The notes beneath the pieces are model-generated. The model was not told where the DNA came from. It saw only the letters and a list, made by a program, of their open reading frames with translations, and ran no database searches. The position numbers and the translations under genes are program-made. From Ignavibacteriota bacterium (GTDB lineage: Bacteria > Bacteroidota > Ignavibacteria > UBA10030), in contig CAVSHO010000013.1 in assembly GCA_963727825.1 (NCBI GenBank), forward strand, positions 8,040 to 72,039: a DNA stretch of 64,000 bases. Direction: 5' to 3'. Numbering within the stretch: the stretch's first letter is position 1; each line of letters starts with the position of its first letter. This document shows, one piece after another, positions 54,929-63,064 of this stretch.

Positions 54929-55960
54929 TTATTTTAATGCTGCCCGCTGATTTTCTAATTGTAAAAGCAGTTTCCGCGCCTCTTCAAACTTCGCATTCGC
55001 ACGGGATTGGAGATTGGCAGGAAAAGAACACGTCTCATATGAGAGAAGTGTTTTTAGATTATAAAGCACATTGCTTGTATCGTTCAAAACAACTTTTGAT
55101 TTAACAAGATTTAACCGGCAGACTATTTCATTATAAGGATTTGGCGCATGCACATGCACAATATTTTTTAGAAGACTTGAATACGCCGGCACAGCTTCGG
55201 CAGAACGATTCTGCCGATCCAATGCTGTGGCAAATCCCCATAAAAATATTCGGTTTTCCGGATAAAAATTTAAACCTCGCTTTGCCCACTCTTCTGCTTG
55301 CCTATAATTTTCAGAATCAAGATAAATTGCAATAAGTGCGCTTATTGCGGCAAATCGATTATATTCGGATTGCTCCGCGCCGATAATGAGCATTTTGATT
55401 CCAAGTCCACGGTTATCTTTAACGAATGGCAGCCATCGAATGAATTCCGTCTTTCGACAACTCCAGTAATAATAAGCACCAATGCCAACATAAGCATCGT
55501 AAAATGAAGAATCTTTTTCAATTACTTCTTCTAATTTTGATGCCGATGACATGCTTTTCCGCACTCCACCTAACCAATCTCCACTTTGCACTCGTTCATA
55601 TGCATCATAGCCATCTGCTGTACCAAGAAAGTATCCGCGCCAGGGCAAAGAGATTTTTTCTGCGGTATTTTTCCCTATCACCAATAAGGAATCAAATTTA
55701 TCCTGCTCAATCGGCACATCGAAATCCATGTCGTATGCTTGCAGCACTGCTGCTTGATAAAGATAACCAACCGGATTATCAGGATAACGATTAGCAACAA
55801 CTTGGAATAGTGAATCAGCCTGCATATACTCCTGTCTCAAGATAAAATCAATTCCTCTGACAACGAGGGAATGAAGCGAAGGTTCCAATTTCCACTGTGC
55901 TTGGGAAATCGCGGCTGCAAACATAATTGTAATTACAATATTGAAAGCTTTGTTTTTCAA
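54929..55960 (-). CDS. Secreted TPR-like protein
   Basis: Signal peptide; helical repeats (YPDNPVGYLY, FYDAYVGIGAYYYW). Confidence 0.65.
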   Translation of the reverse strand: MKNKAFNIVITIMFAAAISQAQWKLEPSLHSLVVRGIDFILRQEYMQADSLFQVVANRYPDNPVGYLYQAAVLQAYDMDFDVPIEQDKFDSLLVIGKNTAEKISLPWRGYFLGTADGYDAYERVQSGDWLGGVRKSMSSASKLEEVIEKDSSFYDAYVGIGAYYYWSCRKTEFIRWLPFVKDNRGLGIKMLIIGAEQSEYNRFAAISALIAIYLDSENYRQAEEWAKRGLNFYPENRIFLWGFATALDRQNRSAEAVPAYSSLLKNIVHVHAPNPYNEIVCRLNLVKSKVVLNDTSNVLYNLKTLLSYETCSFPANLQSRANAKFEEARKLLLQLENQRAALK

Positions 55961-55966
55961 ACCAAT

Positions 55967-56599
55967 TTATTCCGTTCCAAACATTCTGTCGCCGGCATCA
56001 CCAAGGCCTGGAAGAATGTAACCGCGTTTGTTCAACTCACGGTCAAGTGCACAAGTATACATTACGACATCAGGATGTACTTTGCTTACTTGTCTAACGC
56101 CTTCGGGTGCCGACACTAAGTTTACGAGACGAATTGTACGGGCACCTCGTTCTTTTAAAAATGTAATCGCTGCTACGGCACTCCCACCTGTCGCCAGCAT
56201 TGGATCAAGAATAAGAACTAATGCACGATCAAGATTACGTGGAACTTTGAAATAGTAATCGACCGGTTTCAGTGTTTCTTCGTCTCTGAACAGTCCGATA
56301 TGCCCCACGCGCGCATTCGGCATTACTTCTACAAATCCGCCGACTAATCCAAGCCCTGCACGAAGAATCGGCACTAAAACGATTTGCTGATCAACAGCAA
56401 CTCCTTTAGTCTTTTCCAACGGCGTACGAACTTCAATTTCTTTCATCTGAAGATCTCGCGATACTTCATACGCCATGAGACTAGCAGTTCGGTGGAGAAT
56501 TGCACGGAATTGGTGACTCGGCGTTTTTTTATTACGAAGCAAGGTTAAATCACGTTTTACGAGAGGATGATCGATAATAGTCAAGTTCTTCATTGTCAC
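55967..56599 (-). CDS. upp: Uracil phosphoribosyltransferase
   Basis: VPILRAGLG, DPMLATGGS, GYILPGLGDAGDR. Confidence 0.96.
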   Translation of the reverse strand: MTMKNLTIIDHPLVKRDLTLLRNKKTPSHQFRAILHRTASLMAYEVSRDLQMKEIEVRTPLEKTKGVAVDQQIVLVPILRAGLGLVGGFVEVMPNARVGHIGLFRDEETLKPVDYYFKVPRNLDRALVLILDPMLATGGSAVAAITFLKERGARTIRLVNLVSAPEGVRQVSKVHPDVVMYTCALDRELNKRGYILPGLGDAGDRMFGTE

Positions 56600-56615
56600 T
56601 TTCCTGTATAAAAAA

Positions 56616-57983
56616 TTATTTGATGGAATCCATCTTCTTATTAAGCTGATTCATGGCGATAAGGACTGGATCCCACAGTGGTGAAAAAGGCGGAGAATAT
56701 AATAAATCGAGTTTCGAGATTTCTTCAACCGTCATCCTTTGTTGAATCGCAACGCCCAGAATATTTGCACGCAAAGCGCTTCCATTTCCGCCAACGATAT
56801 TTGCTCCGATAAGTCGATTACTTTTCTTATCGGCAATTGCGATGATATGAACTTTTTCGCTTCCAGGATAGAATGATATTTTTGAATCTCCAACAACATG
56901 TTCAACAATTGAATTAAACCCTGACTCTTCAGCTTCCCTCGAACTTAAACCGACTGATACAATTTCCAGTCCAAATGCTTTCACTGCAATCGCACGAATT
57001 GCTCCTTTGAAAATTGCATTTCCACCTGAAGCATTTTCTCCGGCCACCCGGCCTTGTCGTGCAGCGTACGTCGCAAGCGGTGCATACATCCAGCGATTGT
57101 TCACAAGATTTTTTACTTCACAACAATCGCCTGCGGCGTAAATAGAATCCACTGAAGTCGTTTGATGTTGATCCGTAAGAATGCCCCCATAGGTTCCGAG
57201 TCTTAACCGAATAAATTTTGCAAGATCAACGTTTGGTTCAACTCCAATAGCGAGTATTATCAAATCCGCTGGATAGCTCCCGGAATTAGTCACAACTTCT
57301 ACAACTTTCCCAGTGTCGTCTGTTTTGAACGCTTCAAGCGTCTGTTTCGAATAAAACTGAATAGAATTCTTTGTCAATTCATCGAGTACAACTTTCCGCG
57401 TATCGGGTTCGAGCTTCGACATAGGCAATTCATCTCGATGAAGAAGTATCGTCTCTAAACCAAGCGTTCTGAATGCTTCGCACATTTCAACTGCTACATA
57501 ACCACCACCTACAATAACAGCGCGCTTCGGTTTCTCTTCATTGATAAAATGTTTGATCGCTAATCCATCCGATAGCGACTTCACATGAAATACATTCCTT
57601 GCATTCTCGCCTGCCATTCCAATTGTTTTCGCCTTTGAGCCTGTTGCAAGAACCAGCTTATCATATTCATACGTGAGCATCTTTTCATGACACAAATCGC
57701 GTACAATTATATGTTTCTTCACTGGCTGAATTTCTTCCACACGATGCAGTGTGTGAACTTTCACGCCGCGCGTCCGTTCGAAATCCAATGGAGTGAGAGT
57801 GGAAAGTTTTTCGACGTCGGCAATAACTCCGCCGATGTAATACGGAACTTCGCAAATACCGGAAGAGATGTTTTCGCTTTGCTCGAACAGAATGACTTCA
57901 GCGTCGTGATTCGTGCGCTTTGCCTTGCTCGCAGCAGCCGGCCCTGCCGCAAGTCCTCCTATGACGAGAATACGCTGCCTCAT
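56616..57983 (-). CDS. CoA-disulfide reductase/NADH oxidase-like flavoprotein
   Basis: IGG.AAG..AA, single redox Cys in SSGICEVPY, VGGGYVA.E, YAAGDC, YSPPFS. Confidence 0.88.
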   Translation of the reverse strand: MRQRILVIGGLAAGPAAASKAKRTNHDAEVILFEQSENISSGICEVPYYIGGVIADVEKLSTLTPLDFERTRGVKVHTLHRVEEIQPVKKHIIVRDLCHEKMLTYEYDKLVLATGSKAKTIGMAGENARNVFHVKSLSDGLAIKHFINEEKPKRAVIVGGGYVAVEMCEAFRTLGLETILLHRDELPMSKLEPDTRKVVLDELTKNSIQFYSKQTLEAFKTDDTGKVVEVVTNSGSYPADLIILAIGVEPNVDLAKFIRLRLGTYGGILTDQHQTTSVDSIYAAGDCCEVKNLVNNRWMYAPLATYAARQGRVAGENASGGNAIFKGAIRAIAVKAFGLEIVSVGLSSREAEESGFNSIVEHVVGDSKISFYPGSEKVHIIAIADKKSNRLIGANIVGGNGSALRANILGVAIQQRMTVEEISKLDLLYSPPFSPLWDPVLIAMNQLNKKMDSIK

Positions 57984-59287
57984 TTTTCCTTAAATGTGAT
58001 TCCCAATGGAACACCTGCAAAACCAAAATGCTCGCGTAATTTGTTCATTAGAAAACGTTTATACGATTCCTGCACAAGTTTCGGAAAATTACAAAAAAAA
58101 GCAAACATCGGCGGATTGGTTTTAATCTGTGTCACAAATTTAATTTTTATTTCTTTCGATGTTGATGACTTCGGCGGCGTACCTACAATATCCAGCATAA
58201 TTGATTTATTCAACGCACTTGTGGATATTCTTCGTGATTGTTGAAGATGGACTTCTTTTGCCGTATCAATCACTTTTGTAATGCGCTGTTTTGTAAGCGC
58301 GGATACAAAGATGACAGGGAGATAATCGTACATACCAAGATTCTTTTCAATAGCAAGGACATATTGACGTGCAGTGTTCGTTTCCTTCTCGATCAAATCC
58401 CACTTGTTCACGACAATAATTGCAGATCTATGGCGTTCTATTGTTGCATCAACAATTTGTAAATCTTGTTTATCAACTCCCTGCTTAGCATCAAGGAGAA
58501 TGACAGCAACATCGCTGCGTTCAATTGCATGCAATGTCCGAAGTGTGCTGTAAAACTCGATGCTTTCAGAAATCTTGCTCTTCTTCCTCAAACCCGCGGT
58601 ATCGACAAGAATAATTTCTTCACCTTGATATTCAAGAATCGTATCGATTGGATCGCGCGTGGTGCCGGGAATATCTGTTACCACTTGACGCGTATTGCCA
58701 ATTAGCGCATTGACTAACGATGATTTGCCGACATTTGGTTTCCCGATGACGGCAAGGCGAAGACGTTTTTCCTTTTTAACTCGTGTTTCTTTTTTTATAT
58801 CGGAGGTAATCAAATCCAGGAAATCACCAATTTGTCTTCCACCAAGGGCAGCGATGCCAATCGGTTCGCCGAGTCCGAGAGAATAGAATTCTGCTATTGC
58901 ATTTTCACGCTGTGCGGAGTCAATTTTATTAACAACAAGATGAATTGGTTTATTGGAACGGCGCAAAACATCTGCAATTTCTTTATCGAGAGGAGTTAAA
59001 CCTTCCAATGCATCCACAACGAACACAATAGAATCGGCTTCCTCAATTGCAATGTTTGCTTGTTCGCGAATTGCTTTTTCAAACACATCGTTGGATTCCG
59101 GAACAAATCCGCCGGTATCAATCATGGTAAAGGACTTGCCCGCCCATTCCGCCTCTGCATAACGACGATCGCGTGTTACGCCAGGAGTATCGAAGACTAT
59201 TGCTTCTCGTGATCCGAAAATACGGTTGAAGAGCGTGGATTTACCAACGTTTGGACGGCCAATAATAGCGACAATGTGTGATGACAT
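57980..59287 (-). CDS. der: Ribosome biogenesis GTPase Der (EngA)
   Basis: Two G domains GRPNVGKS/GKPNVGKS, DTGG/DTAG, NKID/NKWD. Confidence 0.96.
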   Translation of the reverse strand: MSSHIVAIIGRPNVGKSTLFNRIFGSREAIVFDTPGVTRDRRYAEAEWAGKSFTMIDTGGFVPESNDVFEKAIREQANIAIEEADSIVFVVDALEGLTPLDKEIADVLRRSNKPIHLVVNKIDSAQRENAIAEFYSLGLGEPIGIAALGGRQIGDFLDLITSDIKKETRVKKEKRLRLAVIGKPNVGKSSLVNALIGNTRQVVTDIPGTTRDPIDTILEYQGEEIILVDTAGLRKKSKISESIEFYSTLRTLHAIERSDVAVILLDAKQGVDKQDLQIVDATIERHRSAIIVVNKWDLIEKETNTARQYVLAIEKNLGMYDYLPVIFVSALTKQRITKVIDTAKEVHLQQSRRISTSALNKSIMLDIVGTPPKSSTSKEIKIKFVTQIKTNPPMFAFFCNFPKLVQESYKRFLMNKLREHFGFAGVPLGITFKEK

Positions 59288-59352
59288 AAGTTTTGCTGAC
59301 TGGAAGGTATGAATAGAAATTTATACTGAAAAAGAACGTCGCTATTTAGTAT

Positions 59353-59461
59353 TACATTGTCGATGCGGGGAGATTTGTCACGAAGTGATGGGTTCGCCAA
59401 ACTCCCCACCTTGGCGCCGACTTGTCCGTCGTCATTTTGGCGGAAGGCGCCACGCGCTAGC
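59353..59461 (-). repeat. Degenerate copy of the tRNA-Pro 3' two-thirds carrying palindromic insertions
   Basis: Blocks tacattgtcg, gcggggagatttg, aactccc, acct, cgcgctagc match 59698-59760 in order. Confidence 0.8.
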
Positions 59462-59702
59462 TAAATTTTTTGATATTGTCTAAGTAACGTTTTGCCCCTC
59501 GTGCTTTGATTTGTTTTTCTTTTCTTACAGCTTCAGCTCTAGTTTCGAATTGTTCAATATGGATTACATTCCAAGGAATACCATTTCGAATAGATTTTGT
59601 TTCTCCAGAATTATGTTCTCATAATCGATTCTCAATATTATCCGTCGTGCCGGTATAATATCTAAGAGTTTTATTGCTGAAAAGCACATACGTCGAATAC
59701 AT
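59457..59702 (-). pseudogene. GIY-YIG endonuclease (YhbQ/UPF0213-like) with in-frame TGA
   Basis: MYSTYVLFS...RYYTGTTDNIENRL*EHNSGETKS...PW...EQFETRAEAVRKEKQIK; TGA at 59621-59619. Confidence 0.8.
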
Positions 59703-59704
59703 TG

Positions 59705-59779
59705 TCGGGGCGGGGAGATTTGAACTCCCGACCTCTTGGTCCCGAACCAAGCGCGCTAGCCAGGCTACGCTACGCCCCG
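59705..59779 (-). tRNA. tRNA-Pro(CGG)
   Basis: CGGGGCG acceptor stem, D arm GCGT-AGCCTGGCTA-GCGC, anticodon arm CTTGG-TTCGGGA-CCAAG, T arm GGGAG-TTCAAAT-CTCCC; CCA not encoded. Confidence 0.96.
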
Positions 59780-59825
59780 ATACAAGAACATTTTCTACAT
59801 TAACATCTCAAACAGTTTTATTTTC

Positions 59826-59893
59826 TGAACTCCCGACCTTGGCGCATAAGCGCCACGCGCTAGCCAGGCAGAGTTTATCCCGCCAATGGCGGG
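59826..59893 (-). repeat. Second degenerate tRNA-Pro fragment plus palindrome
   Basis: tgaactcccgacct + TGGCGCataaGCGCCA + cgcgctagccaggc, then CCCGCCAaTGGCGGG. Confidence 0.8.
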
Positions 59894-59943
59894 GCCCTAA
59901 TTAAAACTCTTTCAACACAATATAGCAAACGGATGCTGGAAAA

Positions 59944-60915
59944 TCAATTTGAAGATGATGGGTTTTTAAGAGTAGAATTGAATTCTTTTTGCACGTGTTC
60001 TGCAATTGAACTCCAATTTGTTTCATCATTTACAGGGATCCATTTAATTCGTTTGTCCGCTCGAAACCACGTCAATTGCCGTTTAGCGAAATGGCGTGTA
60101 TTCTGTTTGATGAGCCGAATCATTTCTTCTTTCGTTATCTTCCCATCGATAAAATCGAATACTTCTTTGTAACCAACAGTGTTCAATGCATTAGCATCGC
60201 GTGAATATCCTTTAACGAGCAATCTGCGAACTTCCTCGATCAATCCGTTTTCTATCATCTTATCGACTCGTTGTTCAATTCTATGATAAAGCGCTTTTCG
60301 CTCCCACTCCAATCCGAATTGCATTGTTTCAAATCGAATTTTTATTTCTTGAACCAAATGTAAATCAGAAATCGGTTTTCCGGTCGCATAGTATATTTCG
60401 AGTGCGCGAATAACTCGCCGCACTTTCGTTGCATCCATCTTCGCCGCTGAAATTGGATCGATTATTTTCAGACGGTTAAATAGTACCTCAGAACCAACTA
60501 TATGCGCTTCAGCTTCAAGTTGTTCGCGTATCTCTGAATTTCTTCCGGGTCCATCAAAGAATCCATCGATGACAGCACGAACGTACAAACCGGAACCACC
60601 TACTAGAATAGGCTGCTTGTTTTGCTCCAGCAGCTCTTCAATCTTTGCACGTGCTTGTTCTCCATATTCTCCGGCGTTGTAATATTGATCTGGATCATGA
60701 ATATTTATGAAATGATGAGTGACACGATTAAGCTCCACCGATGTCGGCTTAGCTGTGCCGATATCGAGATACCGATAGATTTGCCGCGAGTCCGCCGAGA
60801 TTATTTCTCCATCTGACTTTTCAGCAAGAATAATAGATAGCGCAGTTTTACCCGATGCCGTTGGTCCTACAATAGCAAGAACATAATGATTAATCATTGG
60901 AATATTCTGATTCAA
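59944..60915 (-). CDS. miaA: tRNA dimethylallyltransferase
   Basis: GPTASGKT, SADSRQIY..LDIGTAKP, VGGSGLY, RVIRALE, VGYKE, AKRQLTWF. Confidence 0.96.
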   Translation of the reverse strand: MNQNIPMINHYVLAIVGPTASGKTALSIILAEKSDGEIISADSRQIYRYLDIGTAKPTSVELNRVTHHFINIHDPDQYYNAGEYGEQARAKIEELLEQNKQPILVGGSGLYVRAVIDGFFDGPGRNSEIREQLEAEAHIVGSEVLFNRLKIIDPISAAKMDATKVRRVIRALEIYYATGKPISDLHLVQEIKIRFETMQFGLEWERKALYHRIEQRVDKMIENGLIEEVRRLLVKGYSRDANALNTVGYKEVFDFIDGKITKEEMIRLIKQNTRHFAKRQLTWFRADKRIKWIPVNDETNWSSIAEHVQKEFNSTLKNPSSSN

Positions 60916-60938
60916 TCAATCTACATACATATTGACTA

Positions 60939-61580
60939 TTACTTTTCGCTCCACCCTTTTTTTCCAATAAGCGGAACGAATTTAAATCCATGCGCCTCCA
61001 TCGATTCATACCTATCGCCTGTACGAACCACAACCCGAATTGATTGGCCTTCTAAATCTCCGACCGGAATAACAAGCCGTCCGCCATCAGCAAGCTGGTC
61101 AAGCAGTGGCTGAGGCACCTCCGGAGCCGCCGCTGTTACAACTATACCGTCGTACGGCGCATATTCATTCCATCCCACAGTTCCGTCTCCGCAACGCGCC
61201 GCTATATGATAACCCAATTTCTCTAACAACTTTCGCGCTTGAAGATGCAATTCCATATGCCGTTCTATAGTGAACACGCGGCACCCCATCTCAGCAAGGA
61301 CTGCAGCTTGATATCCAGAACCGGTTCCAATCTCTAGCACCTTTGAATCTTTTCCGACATGCAATCGCTCGGTTTGAAATGCCACGGTATAAGGCTGAGA
61401 AATCGTCTGTCCGTGCGCAATCGGCAGTGCGCTATCGTCATAAGCACGATTCATGAACGCCGGCAGAACAAATTTTTCACGCTCTACCTGCTGCATAGCT
61501 TTCAATAGTTGCTCATCCTTGATACCTCGCTGACGCAACAGCTCAATCATTTCTGCACGTTCTTTTTCAAATCGATTCAT
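60939..61580 (-). CDS. pcm: Protein-L-isoaspartate O-methyltransferase
   Basis: GQTISQP, VLEIGTGSGYQAA, APYDGIVVTAA, GGRLVIPVG, FVPL. Confidence 0.95.
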   Translation of the reverse strand: MNRFEKERAEMIELLRQRGIKDEQLLKAMQQVEREKFVLPAFMNRAYDDSALPIAHGQTISQPYTVAFQTERLHVGKDSKVLEIGTGSGYQAAVLAEMGCRVFTIERHMELHLQARKLLEKLGYHIAARCGDGTVGWNEYAPYDGIVVTAAAPEVPQPLLDQLADGGRLVIPVGDLEGQSIRVVVRTGDRYESMEAHGFKFVPLIGKKGWSEK

Positions 61581-61741
61581 TCATATTTCCGGAATAATAC
61601 TTTGATAAAATTTATTGTCGCTGTCCAATGCGTCATATAACTTTTTTCTGTGCTATAGATTGTTTGTACAGGAACGAATTCTATTTTAAAACCATGGCGC
61701 GCTGCTTTAATAATAAATTCAGTCTCTGCCTCATAGCCAGA
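61577..61741 (-). CDS. C-terminal fragment of a GT2 (DPM1-like) glycosyltransferase, truncated at the junction
   Basis: SGYEAETEFIIKAARHGFKIEFVPVQTIYSTEKSY...FRKYE*; stop overlaps pcm ATG (ATGA). Confidence 0.65.
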   Translation of the reverse strand, partial: SGYEAETEFIIKAARHGFKIEFVPVQTIYSTEKSYMTHWTATINFIKVLFRKYE

Positions 61742-61750
61742 TGCGTCTTT
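61735..61750. other. Abrupt AT-rich to GC-rich junction (probable chimera or concatenation)
   Basis: Composition and codon style change within a few bases; genes truncated on both sides. Confidence 0.8.
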
Positions 61751-62636
61751 CCGTTCGGTTCGAGGTTATCGGCCAGGTAAGAGCGAATGGGCGGCGAGGC
61801 GAAATAAAACTCCGGCCCGAATTGGCCGTCCGGTTTTTGCAGCCGGAAGCGGAAAGGGTTGCGGTCCTCCCAATTCACCAGCAGCAAATCGCTGCGGCCA
61901 TCGCCATCCACATCCACGACCTGGACGGATTTGACGGTCCCGGAAAATGGAATCTTGACCGGTTCGTCAAGCGTGTGGTCGGCCTTTTGCGCCAGGAAAT
62001 AAACGTGGTTTTCCGCCAGCAGCACCAGGTCGGTGCGGCCATCGCCATTCAGATCGCCCGCGCAGAGCGCATTGGCGGAGAGCTGGCCGTCCTCGATCGG
62101 CCAGCGTTTGGGCGCGCTCCAGCCGTTGGTGCCCTGGTTGTAAAGCACCACCAGTTCCTTGGGCTCGCCGTAATACGCAATGTCGGGCCGTCCGTCCCCG
62201 TTGAGGTCGGCCACCACGAGGGCGGCGATGCGCTTTTCCGAGGCGATGGAATCAATGCGGAACCGGGCGTCGGGCGGCACTCATTGAGTTCGCGCTTGAG
62301 CGCGGACTTGGGCGGGCCGTCAAATTGGTCTTGCCGGTCTGGTTGTAAAGGAGGTTGATCCTGGAGCGCGCATTGTTGACGACAATGAGATCGTTCAGGC
62401 CGTCGCCGTCGAGGTCGGCCACATGCAGTTGGCTGATTGAGTGGTCGATGGGGAAGATCTCCGGGCCGGTAAACCCGAAATGGTTGGTCGTGGCCGCGCC
62501 GCAAGATAAGGCAAAGCCGCAGATCGCGGTCGCAGCCAGAATTGCGAGGCACGCGTAACGCCGTTGAGGAAAAGCCATAGGTTTCAAGTGCCACCGAAAA
62601 TGCCAGCGCGGGAAGGGCTTGGAAAGCCTATTCATG
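61742..62636 (-). CDS. FG-GAP/VCBS repeat secreted protein, 3'-truncated; frameshift near 62283
   Basis: Signal peptide; ADLDGDGLNDL, ADLNGDGRPDI, GDLNGDGRTDL, DVDGDGRSDL; ORFs 62252-62722 and 61681-62280 join (RELNE/LPPDARF). Confidence 0.75.
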
Positions 62637-62643
62637 ACGCGGG

Positions 62644-63063
62644 TCACTCTCCGATGAAGTGGAGGCAGATGGTCCTTGAGTGGGACGCGCGCCGATGTTC
62701 CCAGAGGTAAAGGCCCTGCCACGTGCCGAGCGCGAGCCGGCCCTGGCTGAGCGGGATGGAAAGATTGACGGAGGTAAGGGCGGTGCGGATGTGTGCCGGC
62801 ATGTCATCGTCGCCCTCGACCGTATGAAGGAACATCGGATCGCCATCCGGCACCAGCCGGGCAAAGAACTGCTCCAGATCTCGCCGCACATCGGGGTCCG
62901 CGTTCTCCTGAATCAGCAATGAGGCGGAGGTATGGCGAACGTGGAGCGTGAGCAAGCCGTTCTGGAGACGGTTCTGAGATACCCACGCGGCGACCTCACT
63001 GGTGAATTCGTAGAGGCCGCGGCCGCGGGTGCGGATGGTTAGTTCGTGGAAGGTCTGGCGCAC
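62644..63063 (-). CDS. yjbQ: YjbQ/UPF0047 family protein (GC-rich segment)
   Basis: GTG start 63063; HTSASLLIQENADPDVRRDL, EGDDDMPAHIR, LGTWQGLYLWEHR. Confidence 0.9.
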   Translation of the reverse strand: MRQTFHELTIRTRGRGLYEFTSEVAAWVSQNRLQNGLLTLHVRHTSASLLIQENADPDVRRDLEQFFARLVPDGDPMFLHTVEGDDDMPAHIRTALTSVNLSIPLSQGRLALGTWQGLYLWEHRRASHSRTICLHFIGE

Positions 63064-63064
63064 C

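Noticed and set aside
59619-59621. Selenocysteine or recoded TGA in the GIY-YIG gene
   Set aside because: The position is not a conserved Cys, no SECIS-like hairpin is evident, and TGA is a normal stop in other genes here (glgA, cerR-like).
59353-59893. CRISPR array or prophage att sites
   Set aside because: The repeats are degenerate tRNA pieces of unequal length; there are no cas genes, integrase or phage genes.
61681-62280. FG-GAP ORF ending in MRQRLNLLLKQRAMVLK
   Set aside because: The tail is read-through across the junction into an alternative frame of the GT2 fragment.
38003-63063. yjbQ gene duplication within one genome
   Set aside because: The two copies are highly divergent and lie on opposite sides of the compositional junction.
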